Below the pieces are notes generated by a model, which saw only the letters and a program-made list of their open reading frames with translations, was not told the origin of the DNA and did no database searches. A stretch of DNA of 64,000 nucleotides from Craspedostauros australis (taxonomy: Eukaryota): assembly GCA_030167865.1 (NCBI GenBank), contig JALAGF010004118.1:1-64000 (forward strand). Direction: 5' to 3'. Below, piece by piece: positions 38,580 to 50,861 of the stretch; position 1 is the stretch's first letter; each line of letters starts with the position of its first letter. A program made the translations under genes and the position numbers.

Positions 38580-41500
38580 TCAAGCCGACATGGCTTTTTG
38601 CAACAACGACTGCAGCTCCTTGCGTTCATCCTCGCTGAAGGCATTGTTGTGACCACAGTGCAAGTTCAGGAATGATCCGATGCCGGTGTTTGGATCCATG
38701 TGCTTGCTGCGCCAATTCGACTCCACCTGCTGCGCGGACGACAGGCGCGCCACGACATACTCCAGCGTTCCGATGCAAAAGGCGATTTCGTGCTTGACTT
38801 GCTGCAAACCAGCATCGTCCTTGTGCTGGTCCAGGATCTCCTTCAGCGTCTCCACCACTTCTGGGATGGGCTTGGGATGCACGACGGAGTCGCTCTCCTG
38901 ATCTGCGTATCCCGGTGGTCGCGTGTCGAAGTCTGCGGCGATCACGGGTTCCTTGGGAGCGGACAGGGCACGAGCTGCATCGACTGCGCTGCCGTTCGAT
39001 GATGCTCCAATACGGTGCTCCAACGCTTCGACAACTGTTTGGCCACCGTAGGTGAGAGTGGTGCAAAGCCATGCCACGGTGACATCGAAGCCGCCCCGAA
39101 CTGCCATTCCCATGGCAGAACCACACATGCCATCGCAGCACCCCATCGCTTTCCACACACCCAGCAGTGGGCTTCCGCCATTCGTTCGCATCGTGCCGGA
39201 CTCGGCATCGATTGTTGCCATTCCGCTTTCGTACATCCGCTTCTGCAACGATGCCATCTTGCCAATGCGCTTGGCACAGGCTGCGAAATGGAATGCCTCC
39301 TCGAGGGAAATGTGCTTATCGGCCGGCCACACAGGAGCTTGCGTTCTGTTGAAGGAAGACTGCACGTACTTCGAATCTGTGGTCGTCGTTCCCCACGACG
39401 AGTATTCGTTCAAGACGGGGGTGGTTGCAAAAATAAATAAATAATAAGTGGAGCAGACAGTTGGATGAACACATTTTCATGTGAATTGGCGATAGTGAGA
39501 AAACAGCAAGCAAGCAACGCAAACATTCTCAACTAATGAGAGCGCACAACTTCCAACCTCGTTCCTTCAGACACAATCCAACAACGGAACGTATCCACAT
39601 ATGCGACGACCATACTCGTGCATGCACGACGTACCGTTGACGCAAACGTTCTCCCAGTCCGCCATCCTGTACTCCACGGGAGCGTCGAGCATCCAACCGA
39701 CGCCCTTGGTCGACAGGCCACCGCGGTGGATCTCCTTCCAGAACGAGATGCCCGATTTGAGAGACGACGAGTCCGCAATGATGGCATCGGCGCAGTCGTT
39801 GGCCACGACCTTGCGACACTTCGCTGCGACGAAGTCTCCTGCCACGTCCGTGCTCCAGAACGGTGCGAGAGCGCGGATGGCGTATCCGGACCATCCACCG
39901 ACGAGGCGCTGCGCCACGGCCTCCAAGTTGCAGAAGGTGCGATCGCAAACGAGCATGGCGAGCTTGTCTTTGTGCGGCGATTCCGAAAGGTGCTTGGCAG
40001 TGCCAGAAGCGGCAACCCCGCCGATACTTTCGCCGTGGATCACGAGCTGCTGGACACCGAGCTGCGCCAGGATGTATAGTCCGACAGTTTGGCCATCCGC
40101 GCGGAGTGTCTCCGGCGTTGGTCGAAAGCTGAAGAACGTGCCATGCAGTATGCGACGGATGCGACCGTAGACGCCTGGGATGTACGGTTCTTCTCCGCCA
40201 CGCTTGTTGGCGCACAGGGTTGTCCCGTAGCTGCGGCCGAAGCCAGCATAATTGAACAGGTAGACATCGTATCCCAGATTTGTGTAGAAATCGGACCAGC
40301 AGTTGTCATTCACGGTGTCATCATCGTCGTTCACGTTGCCGCCCGCCAAGCTCATGCCTGCAGAAACCTCGATGAGCCCGGCGTTCGGATTGCAGTACAA
40401 CACGGCCTTTGTGTTTACCCCGCCTGTAGTAGAGGTAGACGCTGGCGCTGGAATGTGGATGGCGTCAATCATGCCACCGTCCGGCCGTGCCATCCAGATC
40501 TGCCTCGCGCCCTGGTACCGTGCCAAAGTGCAACCGCGCTGGACATCGAAACCGAAGATAGAGGTATGCAGAGGTGGATCGAGCATGGGGAGGATCGAGG
40601 CCAATCCGGCTTGCGCCGCAGACAGCATGGACCCGCTCTGCTCTTCGAATTTGCGTCTGACGGCATCGAGAGGAACATCGTCGTCGTCGCCGCTTCCATC
40701 ACGAGCCCCGGCTTCATCCGCGGCGGAGGGAGGACGCAGCGACGTGACGTAGTCCCGCAATTCGCTGGCAACCAGCATGAGATTCGTGCACGTCATGCGT
40801 GCAGAGTTGGGGACGGGCACAGGCGTTGATCCCGGACTGCTCTCCAGGATGGCCTTGGCCTGCTTCTCGAGTCTGTCCAATTCCGACAAAACGCGGATCA
40901 GCAGCTTGAGAAGTTCCTTGCCATCAGCTCGTGCTTGCAGCTGTTCGTCGGTGGGAGGAGGGAAATGCAACGGAGAGTGGAGTGGTGGGATTGTCGATGA
41001 TGGTGAGTGCGTTGTACGAGGTGTGCCACACAAGTTGATAGACAAGAACAGGAGGCAAATAGAAAGGACGACACCAGTTAGATGAAAAATGATTGCAAAG
41101 CGTCAATATTGTGAGCAGTCTGGAACATCCGGCACGCATTCCCCATACTCGTGCTACTACATAGCAGTGCGGTTCCAACACTCTCTGCACGACGACAACA
41201 TAGGCAACATGGACAACATAGTCCGACTCACCGTCAGTCCCGATAGATCACCGACATCGCCGACCAATGGATTGTTGCCATACTTGGTGCGGCCGCTGGT
41301 GACAGTCGCGTCGCCCCCGTTGTTTTCGTGAAGCACGTAGGACAGCACCTCCGCGTAGACGCCGAGCACGCGATCCCGAAACGATTTGGTGCGCTTCCAC
41401 AGACCGGGAATCTCGTAGTACCGAAAGCTGGAGGCCGACGCCTCCTGCGATGCAGCGTTGATCTTGCTGGCCTCCAGCAGCGCGGACGCGACGTCCAAAA

Positions 41501-42137
41501 CGCTGTTGGCCGACGAGATGATCATGCGCACGGAGTACTTGTTGAACTCCTTCTCGATCTCCGACTCGACGCGGTGCGATGCGCCGGGGAAGGCGATCAT
41601 GCGGATGATGGCGCGGCCGATGCCGAAGACGGCGAGGATGAAGAGCAGGTAGACCCCGTTCTCGTAGAAGAGGAAGGACAGGAGCCAGAACGGGAACCAG
41701 AGCGAGATGAACATAGCGTAGATCGCCACGAAGACGGCGAAGGAGACGACGCCGGAGCATGCCGGTGGCAGGTAGACATCGGCGAGCGTGCGGATGCCCG
41801 TGCCCCAGTAGACGGCCGCGCGGACACCGGGCAGGTTGAGGATGGGGCCGAGCATGCGCATCGTGGTGGACGCTGAAGCAGGTGATGCGTCCGCGACGCC
41901 CAAGTCCATGCCCAGGCGTCTTCCCGCAGCGAGGTTGGCGCCCACACCCGCACCCACAACGTTGTTGCTGCCGCTGTTGCTGTAGATCCCCGTGACGATC
42001 TGCTCGCCGACCTGGTCAGCCTCTGAACCCAGAAGGAGAGGCTCACCCAGCTCTTCCTCGTTGCTGGAGTTGATGGACGTCACCTTGGGAATCTTTCTCT
42101 TCAGCTTCTGTTGGTGTGGTTGTATTGTGTTGTACAA
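38580..42137 (-). CDS. Membrane-anchored alpha/beta-hydrolase (ABHD-like); exons ~42107-41232, 40940-39635, 39376-38580; 5' end unresolved
   Basis: Nucleophile elbow HGESIGG, VLYCNPNAG, FNYAGFGRSYG, LVCDRTF. Two to three TM segments in the first exon. Both introns are GT-AG and keep frame. Confidence 0.85.
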
Positions 42138-42749
42138 TATTCTATTATAGTCGTACTTATTGGTAGTGCGGCTTTTGGATGGCAGAGGGCTTGTCGTTGA
42201 CGCCTCTACAACAAGCGCACGCAGCAGCTAATCGTAGTTTGGTGGATGATAACAATATGATACGATATGATATGATGTGATGGGTTGGTACAACAGCACT
42301 GATGAATCTCTGTGCTACGACTATACTCGACTCTGCTTCTGTTGCCTCTGTTGTGTGGACATCAGCAACAATGGCGACAACAACAATGGCAGCAACGACA
42401 GCACCAAGAAGAGATCCTTCTCCTCGTTTCGCGCTTCTTTCCTCGCAGCCCCGTTGTGGCTGCAGTTCCCGCCTTGTTGCATCTTCGGATTTTGGGAGTT
42501 GCGGTCATTTCATCTATATCGCAATATTTCTAGTAACGACTAGTTCGACCAATACTTTCTTCCACAAAGTCACGCAACACAAAACGAAACGAAAAACCGT
42601 TGGAACGAAGAAACGAAACACTTCACAACCACGATGAGCAAAGAGGCGACTGGTCGCACAAACACCAAGTCATTGCACAATGGGGAGAAGAGACCAGAGA
42701 CTGCGTTCCGGCATCGCACAAACACATGCATCGCCCGTATAGTAGATGA

Positions 42750-44273
42750 ATGAGGGGATGCGGAGGCGAGATGTCATCAACGAAGCGAAAAATATGGACT
42801 CTGGCTGGCCTGAGGGAGAGAGAACGAAACATAGGAATAGCCGCGGAGTATTCGGACGACGACTACGGTTTGCATGACACCGAAACGGATCAACCCCATC
42901 TCGGAGGCCAGCGGGCGCCTCCTGCTGCACCATGGAATGGGCCATACTGCCAGGAGGCATCCGCCAACAGCAACGTCAAAATGTGTCACATTGCGTCGTT
43001 GCCCAACGCGGATCAATGCGAGGCCATGCTCGCAAGGGTCCAGCGAGAATTCGAACCAATCTGGCAAAGGCGCGGATACAACATCCTTTCCGTCAGCGAG
43101 ATGTGCTGCTGCGGCGACGGGCTGGATCGTGGTGGACGCAAGCGGCGTCCGCAGGCATCCAACGTTCTGGGATTTAACATGACGCGATTCGGTCGATCCA
43201 AGTCGCACGCCATCCATCTGCGGTTGCGGCATCCGCACAATCACACGCGGTTGATGCAGTGGGAAGATGTGGCCGGTACGATGGCGCATGAGATGAGCCA
43301 TTGCGTGCATGGCGCGCACAATGCTGCCTTTTACAAGCTGATGGAACAGATACTGGAAGAGCATGCTGTGCAAGCGGTTGGAAGTATGATACCAACACCC
43401 GTCGATGCGTATGCCGGTCATGGCGCGTTCGGAACTGCCTCAACAACCGCCGCGCCGTCTGCAGCAACAGCAACAATAGCGGGAAATGGATCAGGAAATG
43501 TATTGGGCGGTGGGGGCAATGGACGCAGCAGGCTGTTGGATGTAGGCAATACGCTGGGAAGTTCACAAGGTGGAACGCAGAGAAAGAATCTAACGCCACA
43601 GCAGCGTCGCCAGATGGTTGCAAAGGCGGCTGAAGCGAGGCGTCGCCAAATGGATCAGGTCAGGCGGATCATGGAAAGATCCAGCCAGCCTTGCGTCATT
43701 GAGATCATGGACGATGACGATGAAAATATCAATACCCAACACAATGGCAGGCACAATGGCAGGCACAACGGCAGCAACGGCAATGCTAGCAACAGCGAGA
43801 TCATAGACTTGGTACCACATCACAGCAACTCGCGCAACTCCAACAACACAAGGCAGAAACGGCGTGGCGCAGGCCACAACGAGCAGAGCAGAATCGCCAA
43901 CACAAACGCACCTGGTGATACCAACAATGGGAGAAACAGGGCCGCTCAAGGGAAAGCAGCGCAGCCGATCGAGATTGACATTCGCAGTCCTGTCGCATCC
44001 CGACCATCAGCAACCGCATCGAAGAGGCAACGACGCAACAAGGGTTCTCAAACGGCACCCATCATGCTTGATCTTGTCAGCACTCCACCTGCACGTTCCA
44101 TCATTCTGATTGATGAACCGACACCCAAACGTCCACCGGAAGTGGCGATTATTGAAAGGGAAACGGTTCGACGTAGTGATACTGTTGCTGCGCAATGGAC
44201 TTGTCAGAAATGCACGTTCCGCAATAGAGACATGGCGTTGGCGTGCGGAATGTGCCGCAAATCCAGACGCTGA
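42750..44273 (+). CDS. WSS1: Wss1-like WLM-domain metalloprotease with a C-terminal RanBP2-type zinc finger (507 aa)
   Basis: VLGFN...IHLRLR...TMAHEMSHCVHGAHNAAFYKL (HExxH). GNVLGG, VIM-like RQMVAKAAEARR. WTCQKCTFRN...ACGMC zinc finger. Confidence 0.92.
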   Translation: MRGCGGEMSSTKRKIWTLAGLRERERNIGIAAEYSDDDYGLHDTETDQPHLGGQRAPPAAPWNGPYCQEASANSNVKMCHIASLPNADQCEAMLARVQREFEPIWQRRGYNILSVSEMCCCGDGLDRGGRKRRPQASNVLGFNMTRFGRSKSHAIHLRLRHPHNHTRLMQWEDVAGTMAHEMSHCVHGAHNAAFYKLMEQILEEHAVQAVGSMIPTPVDAYAGHGAFGTASTTAAPSAATATIAGNGSGNVLGGGGNGRSRLLDVGNTLGSSQGGTQRKNLTPQQRRQMVAKAAEARRRQMDQVRRIMERSSQPCVIEIMDDDDENINTQHNGRHNGRHNGSNGNASNSEIIDLVPHHSNSRNSNNTRQKRRGAGHNEQSRIANTNAPGDTNNGRNRAAQGKAAQPIEIDIRSPVASRPSATASKRQRRNKGSQTAPIMLDLVSTPPARSIILIDEPTPKRPPEVAIIERETVRRSDTVAAQWTCQKCTFRNRDMALACGMCRKSRR

Positions 44274-44497
44274 TTCGTCCATTCACTCAGAAATATGTGT
44301 TGATGGAGCGCGGTGCTGGAGTTCTGTGACAGTGAAGAGCACTGCAAACCACAACATGCCCACCGAGTACTTAGAAGGTGTTCTAACGTAACATTATGCA
44401 ATGTACAGTCGCACCTGCGCCACAGAAGAGTATATTGCATTCGTACCTGCTGTATCATGCTGCTCGCACTATGCCGTGGCTTCAATGAAGTCCATGC

Positions 44498-45244
44498 TCA
44501 CGCGAATGCCACGAATTCACCATCCATGTCCAAGAATACGGCCGATGCAGGCGCACCGTACTTTGTGACAATCATCTCCGCAACTTCCTCCATGTGATCG
44601 CCCTGCAGCATGATCTCCTTTCCCTTCGGACCATCCTTGACGCTCGAAGATCCAGCAAATCGTTTCGAGAATGCCTTCGACACATCCTTGAGCTTGAGGC
44701 CGGGGATGGTCTCCATGCCAACCACCACAGTCGTCACTCGTTTTTTCTGACGCGCGATCTTCTGGATGACGACCCTCGTCTCCACGACGCCTCCCTTCTT
44801 CGCCTTGGCGCCACGGCGTTTCTTGTTGCCCGACACCTCCAGTTTCTTCATGCCCTTTTCCACACCTTCGTCTCCCTCCTCCTCCTCGTCCTCCTCTTCT
44901 GACTCTTTATCAAACGGATCCTCCGGCTCCGGTCCGTACTTCTTCGTCAACGCAGTGAACAGCTTCTCCTCCTTGCCGGCGTACTTTTCCAGCAGGCTCG
45001 GAACGTTGTCCAATTTATCGGGCTGGTACTTCTCGTAAAACGCAACGAGCCGCTCTTCCGTCGTCCATGGTTCATCAGGACGCGCCTTCTTGGCATCATC
45101 ACCACCACCATGAAGCTTGGCATGCATCTCAGGATGATTCTTTCGCAACCACGGTTCGCAGTAGGCCTCGAAATCGGGACCGTATTCGCAGTATTCCGGC
45201 GGCATGCCGCATTTGCCGCAGTACACGACCTTGACTTCTTCCAT
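44498..45244 (-). CDS. DENR: Density-regulated protein DENR/Tma22 (translation reinitiation and recycling factor, SUI1 domain)
   Basis: VVYCGKCGMPPEYCEYG zinc site. C-terminal RQKKRVTTVVVG...FSKRFAGSSSV...IMLQGD SUI1 domain. Confidence 0.93.
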   Translation of the reverse strand: MEEVKVVYCGKCGMPPEYCEYGPDFEAYCEPWLRKNHPEMHAKLHGGGDDAKKARPDEPWTTEERLVAFYEKYQPDKLDNVPSLLEKYAGKEEKLFTALTKKYGPEPEDPFDKESEEEDEEEEGDEGVEKGMKKLEVSGNKKRRGAKAKKGGVVETRVVIQKIARQKKRVTTVVVGMETIPGLKLKDVSKAFSKRFAGSSSVKDGPKGKEIMLQGDHMEEVAEMIVTKYGAPASAVFLDMDGEFVAFA

Positions 45245-45778
45245 GTTGGTCGTGGAGTGTTGTCTTTGTGGATTGATGATCACGCAAAGTTCAGGGTTGC
45301 TCTTGTGCTGCTTGTACTCGTAGTATGGTCTGAGTATAGTAGGAACATGAACTGTTGGTTGCTCGGTTTGTGTCGTTGTTGGTGGCGAAGTGTCGCGAGG
45401 TCAAACGTTGTGTGGCGATCGATGTTTTCCTTGTTGGAGTTTGTGGCGCATGCTGGTCAAGAGGGCAGGCAAATATATTGATGCTTAATATATCGACCAA
45501 TGCGACCTATGAGATTCGCTTGGTAACTACACTATATTGTTATTTTGCCGCTGTCACAAGAAACCAAACCAGCGTTTCTCACGATGTCGGAGTGAGCGAA
45601 CTGACACGAAGCGGAAAGATTGTCGCGGTTGGATCCAACGCTGTTTGTGTTCTGTTCCTTTCCAACGGCACCTCCGAACCGCCAAGATCTCCTCCACATC
45701 GCACAACATCGCACAACATCACAACAATCACACCAATACTGTTTTAGTCTATTCCACTTCATACACCCAACCATCACC

Positions 45779-47075
45779 ATGAACGTCTCCATCCAACGCA
45801 TCGTCCTCCTCTTGCTGCTCTCCGTGTCTGCGGTCCTCGCCGGCACAAGCGCAGAGGGTCTCAAGTACCTCGCCGCCAAGAAGGGAGAGGAGGGAGTCGT
45901 CACCACGGGGTCTGGATTGATGTACGTTGCAGATGCTCGTGGAGCACCACTTCCATGCATGGGGCGCGTGCGAATGACTTGCGTTCCATCCAGTGCAGTG
46001 CAATGCGGTGGCTATGAAGCGTTCGCTGATCCGCCGTGACATGCGGTTGCTCTCAGAGGATCAAATGCACACTCCATGATGTTGGATGTGGCGGCTGACT
46101 TGATTTATTGATTGATTCGTTGGCCGATTCAGATAACTGATTGGCATTGTCTCACACGAAGTGCTGCGCATTCTGTTTCGATTCCCACCATGTGTCATAA
46201 CACCGAACCGATGCAACGTATCGTGCATGGCCCACTGCAGGTACAAGGAGCTCGTGGCTGGAACCGGAAAGACCCCAACCATCAACTCCCCATGCTCGTG
46301 CCACTACGCTGGAACCTTGATCGATGGAACCGAATTTGATTCATCCTACAAGCGCGGAGCGGTAAGTCGGATACTTCACCATGGCATCGTTGCATGGATC
46401 GCGTTCACGCTGAACCCGCGATGCAAACAGTCGACTTATGGCTTGCACTCAACGGTACCGTTGTTGCGATTGCGTCTGGCGGGCGGGACGTGCTCCGTTC
46501 TTCCGCAACCCACCTTCGTGCGTCTCACACACTATTCCGTACTTTCACATGCCAATGGTCTATTCCATGCCATATTCGCATCCACGCTACGCCATGTTGG
46601 TGAACATTGTGAAACTCGGACAATACGCGTGCAGCCACTCACATTCGCACCAAACCAAGTCATCAAGGGCTGGTAAGTACTCGATCAACATCCGTGCGAT
46701 GACCCTCCCATGTTTTGCACATGCAGCATGTTTGCAGTGTGCATGCAAGTTGTGTTTCCATCATCAGAGGCGCGTGCTCTTCGTTGCAACAACTTTCAGC
46801 TGCTCACACCGCTGTTCTGCATTCCTTCTTTCTCCACCACTCCGCTCGTACGGATACTCTCAAATACTCTGCTTACTCCATTTATCTCCACATTGCGCTC
46901 GCACGTATGGTACAGGACCGAGGCCATGCAGCTGATGAAGGAAGGTGGAAAGTGGGAGCTCTACATCCCAAGCGAGCTCGGATACGGTGACCGCGGTGCC
47001 GGTGGTGCCATCCCAGGAGGAGCCGTCCTTGTGTTCACCTTGGAGCTCTTGGAGGTCCAGGGAGATTCTGTCTAA
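45779..47075 (+). CDS. Secretory-pathway FKBP-type peptidyl-prolyl isomerase (Mip/FkpA-like); exons 45779-45921, 46241-46361, 46635-46672, 46916-47075 (153 aa)
   Basis: Signal peptide, [65 protein letters not shown]. Three GT-AG introns; spliced length of 462 nt is in frame. Confidence 0.93.
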
Positions 47076-47450
47076 GCGCCAGCTCGCATGATGGCGAATG
47101 CAATCCTCGGTGCACTTCTCTCACGCACATGTATGTAAGCAGAGGGGCAATGTCTGATTTGTAACAAAGAAGTAATGCACCTCTTTCCAAGACAGAGCAA
47201 CAAGGGTATAGTCCATACGATCGCAAACCGAGCACATTTACAGTAGTTGGGACATTGCACCCTGTGAACTCTATCTCCACATGTGTGAAAGATTGTGTGA
47301 CGTGACAGGCAGTAGCAGGCTCGGACATTATTATCTTCGTATCCTCTCAGCGCCAGTCCAATCCATGCTATGTTGTGTTATGCTGTGCTACTGTGCAGCG
47401 CCCCCCCTGCTCTCCATGCCATGTCGCGCGTGCCATAAGCGCGTCTACAG

Positions 47451-50400
47451 CTAGAAGCAGATGGAGCAACACGTGCAGGTCACTTTGGGTATGCGACTGC
47501 CGCGGTCCAAGCAATCGGCGGCGAAGTTGTTGGATCGGTTGGGTGGATTGCAGAGGATCGGGTCCAAATCTCCGGTGATTCCGTTCCAAATGACCCAAAA
47601 GGTGGTGAGGTTCTTGAGGTTCGTAAGTTCGATCGGGTAGCTGCCATTCTGAGAACCGGAGCTCATGTAGAAGGCCTGCAACTGGACGAGGTTTCCCATC
47701 TCCGACGGGACAGTCCCCGTCAGCCGCACCGAGTTCAAAGACAGATGTGATAGCTCCGTCATCAGGCCGATCTCGGTGGGGATCGAACCCGTGATACCGC
47801 CGTTCGCTGCCAGCGAAAGCCATTCTAGGGCCGTCAGGTTGCCAATGGTTGTTGGGATTCTCCCTGTCAAAGCATTTCCGCCCAGTGACATGGTGTCTAG
47901 CTTGACCGCCCGGCCAAGCTCGGGAGGCATCGAACCGATCAGGTTGTTGTCATCCAACCACAGATCGGTGAGGGACGTCAACAAACCCAGCTCGGAAGGT
48001 ATCTGTCCTGTCAATTCGTTGGACCCCAGGAACAAATGCTCCAGCGCAGCGAGGTTGCCAATCTCCGATGGGATCTGGCCCGTGATTTCCGTTCTCTGGA
48101 TGTACAGCGAGGTCAGGTTTCCGCAGTTGCCAATCTCCGTCGGCAGGGGGCCGGTGATGGCCGTATCCAGGATCTCCAATTCCTTCAGGTTGGACATCAG
48201 CCCGATCTCGGATGGTACAGCTCCGTCCATGTCCAATTTCACCAGCGACAGAGAAGTGAGCGAACTCAGATGGTTGATGTAGGTGGAGATGGTGCCCCCG
48301 ATGGCAGCATCGGAGAACGCGAACGTCTCCAGATCGGACAGGAGGTAGACTCCCGGGTCGATCGTTCCGCTCATGCCATTGGCCCTAAAATTCAGCACCG
48401 TGACGCGTGACTGGGCGTCGCAACTGACGATGACGAAGTCGTTCCTCCATATGCACAGATCCGGGACGAAGAGGAATCTGCCCGTCTGGACCCAACTCTG
48501 CCCGTTCAGCGACCAGTACAGCGTGACAACTGCGTAGTACTGCAGGATGAGAGGGATGTTGTCCTCTGCATTATTCTGCATGAGGGACATCAAATTTCGG
48601 TTGCCTCCGTTCGCCATCCAATTCAACGTGCGGTGCGGAATGCTGGATGGATCCTGCAACGCTTTCGAGTCCACCAGCGTTGGTGGTTGCTGAAGGGTCG
48701 GCAGGAGCAGTTCCAGGAGGTTGAAGAATGCATCCGTTTGATCAAAGCTGTACGTCGGGGACTCCGACGGCATGCTGGACACGGTGGGATTGTCGGAAGG
48801 TGCGCGCGACGGCGGAACTGACGGCTGCTGACTTGGCTCGGAAGAAGGTTGGTGGCTTGGTACGGATGACGGCGGATGACTTGGCACACCCGTTGGCGCA
48901 ATGCTCGGTGCGAGAGATGGACGAAGGCTTGATGTGATGGTCGGTGGCTGGGTTGGCGAAGCGGATGGCATGCGGGTCGGCGCAAATGTCCCGCCGTTCG
49001 CATCAATGTTGGAAGCCTGCGTTCCTCCATCGGAGCTGCGGCGAGACAAGACCACGCCCACAATGACGCCAACCAAGATGAGGATGATGAGCAGGACGAT
49101 GCTGATGCGCATCCACTTGCGCTTGGCGGCAGCCTCACCGACCGCTTGATCGAGGAACAGAGGCTCGGCAACGATGACATCATCGTCGAGCGGCACCACC
49201 TGCTGATTCTCGGTCGCAATCTCCTGACGGATGGCGTTGCGCATCTCTTCTGCAGATAGAACATGCTCCGCGAGAACCGCAGGCACGCCTCTGCGTGCGT
49301 CTTCCTGCGACGTTTCCTGCTCTCCCAGATGCATGTCCGGTTCGGACATCTGCATGATGTCGAGATGTTCTGTCATGGAGAGGACTGCCGCGGTGGTAGA
49401 AACTGCGCTGGAATCTGTGCTGAACACGGTCGCTGCCGACGCCGAGGTGCCTGTTGACACGGTTGCGAGCAACGGTACTGGTTGCTCACCTTCTTCCAAA
49501 GGCAATGGCGCTGGTGCCGGAGCTGAGATTGCCGCGTTGACAGATGCTGCCATGTATTGCGACAGGGATGTGGCAGTCTCGTCTTCGTCTTCGTCATCTT
49601 CATCGTTGTGATTGACAGGAGGCCGCGGAAGTTGGTCGAACGTCGACATTGTGATGGACGAATTGTCATCTGGAATGTGGTTGAGACGCACCCTCGGAGC
49701 CATGCTCTTTGGACGAGTCGCGTGATGGCTGAGATCCGAAAGCTGCAAATCGCTCCTGACCTCCTCTTCCAAATCGTCGTCGAGGTCGACATCGAGCAAT
49801 GCGCTCTCTCGGCCGGCGTCGCCTCCCTGCCGCTGTGGCTGCTGCGGACTCTTGATGGTGCTGTCGCATTGCGGTGAGATGAGCGAGGCCGTGGACGCGT
49901 ACGCTCGATGTCTGTGAAAGTAGGCGCCAGGTGCGGACGCGGCCGGTGGTCGGTCTTCCATTGATGGCGGCGACGCCTCGAGCTGGCCCTCGACCACCTG
50001 TTGCTGAATGTCGTTGTACCGCTGTTCGGACGACTTGCGGATAGACAATGTCGTTTTTTCGGCAGTGAGAGCCGCGTCGTCTCCCAGAAACGTGGACTGC
50101 GCGAGCCGCTGCGTCTTGCCCATTCCAACATGGTGCTTTTGGTCATCTGGCGCACTGCCCTCTACGGCTGTTGCTGTGCCGGGGATCGGTGACAGACTCG
50201 ACTTCCCGCCCAGAGCCCGGATTGATGGCACCCGGCTGAATCGCTGGCTCCTTCGCATGCTGAGCCGGCTCTGCCTGCGCTGGGAGGTGATTGAAGGAAG
50301 AACCGCGTTGAAAGGACCCGATGTGGTTGACACGATTCGACGTGATGGCGATTGCAGCGGTGATGGTGGCAACGGAACGGAGGCGGCATCCGCAATTGCT

Positions 50401-50861
50401 GCTGTTGCCATTGTCGCCATTGTTGCTGCTGTCTGCGGTGGGTACGGAGGTGGTCGCAGGTCTGCGTTCGTTTCCTTTGTTGTTGCATGCTGCTGTTGCT
50501 GTTGTTGATGGTGCTGTTGATGGTGCTGATGGGTGTCGTCAACGGTCTCTCCATCCTCGTTTTCATCTTCATTGACGGTTCCAAGATCAGTGCTGTTCGC
50601 TGACTCTATGCCATCCTCACGGTGATTCTGGTTGTCATTGTTGTCGTCGGAAGCACCCCGATCTCCGCGTTCCCCAGGTTGACGATCAACAGCAGTGCCA
50701 TGACGGCCATCATCGTCACCATCGTGGCTCTTGGTTGCGCTGCTGTCTGCTTCCCCCTGTGAAGTCGCGCCATGTTCCCCATCCCCTCCTTCCGCGTCTT
50801 GCGATGAGCAATCCGCTGTCTCGTCCATGGTGCTCATCGTCCCCCAGAGCCCGCAATGCAC
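47451..50861 (-). CDS. Type II membrane leucine-rich-repeat protein (receptor-like, no kinase), ~1130 aa
   Basis: Disordered N-terminus, single TM (ISIVLLIILILVGVIVGVVL), PS/PT stalk, cap LQYYAVVTLYWSLNGQSW..C.W...C, about 11 plant-type LRRs (LxxNxLTGxIPSEIG), terminal ADC...CTCCSICF. Confidence 0.92.
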   Translation of the reverse strand: MHCGLWGTMSTMDETADCSSQDAEGGDGEHGATSQGEADSSATKSHDGDDDGRHGTAVDRQPGERGDRGASDDNNDNQNHREDGIESANSTDLGTVNEDENEDGETVDDTHQHHQQHHQQQQQQHATTKETNADLRPPPYPPQTAATMATMATAAIADAASVPLPPSPLQSPSRRIVSTTSGPFNAVLPSITSQRRQSRLSMRRSQRFSRVPSIRALGGKSSLSPIPGTATAVEGSAPDDQKHHVGMGKTQRLAQSTFLGDDAALTAEKTTLSIRKSSEQRYNDIQQQVVEGQLEASPPSMEDRPPAASAPGAYFHRHRAYASTASLISPQCDSTIKSPQQPQRQGGDAGRESALLDVDLDDDLEEEVRSDLQLSDLSHHATRPKSMAPRVRLNHIPDDNSSITMSTFDQLPRPPVNHNDEDDEDEDETATSLSQYMAASVNAAISAPAPAPLPLEEGEQPVPLLATVSTGTSASAATVFSTDSSAVSTTAAVLSMTEHLDIMQMSEPDMHLGEQETSQEDARRGVPAVLAEHVLSAEEMRNAIRQEIATENQQVVPLDDDVIVAEPLFLDQAVGEAAAKRKWMRISIVLLIILILVGVIVGVVLSRRSSDGGTQASNIDANGGTFAPTRMPSASPTQPPTITSSLRPSLAPSIAPTGVPSHPPSSVPSHQPSSEPSQQPSVPPSRAPSDNPTVSSMPSESPTYSFDQTDAFFNLLELLLPTLQQPPTLVDSKALQDPSSIPHRTLNWMANGGNRNLMSLMQNNAEDNIPLILQYYAVVTLYWSLNGQSWVQTGRFLFVPDLCIWRNDFVIVSCDAQSRVTVLNFRANGMSGTIDPGVYLLSDLETFAFSDAAIGGTISTYINHLSSLTSLSLVKLDMDGAVPSEIGLMSNLKELEILDTAITGPLPTEIGNCGNLTSLYIQRTEITGQIPSEIGNLAALEHLFLGSNELTGQIPSELGLLTSLTDLWLDDNNLIGSMPPELGRAVKLDTMSLGGNALTGRIPTTIGNLTALEWLSLAANGGITGSIPTEIGLMTELSHLSLNSVRLTGTVPSEMGNLVQLQAFYMSSGSQNGSYPIELTNLKNLTTFWVIWNGITGDLDPILCNPPNRSNNFAADCLDRGSRIPKVTCTCCSICF

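Noticed and set aside
21889-44273. Functional cluster of replication and repair genes (CDC45, Wss1)
   Set aside because: They are separated by unrelated genes, with nothing suggesting co-regulation.
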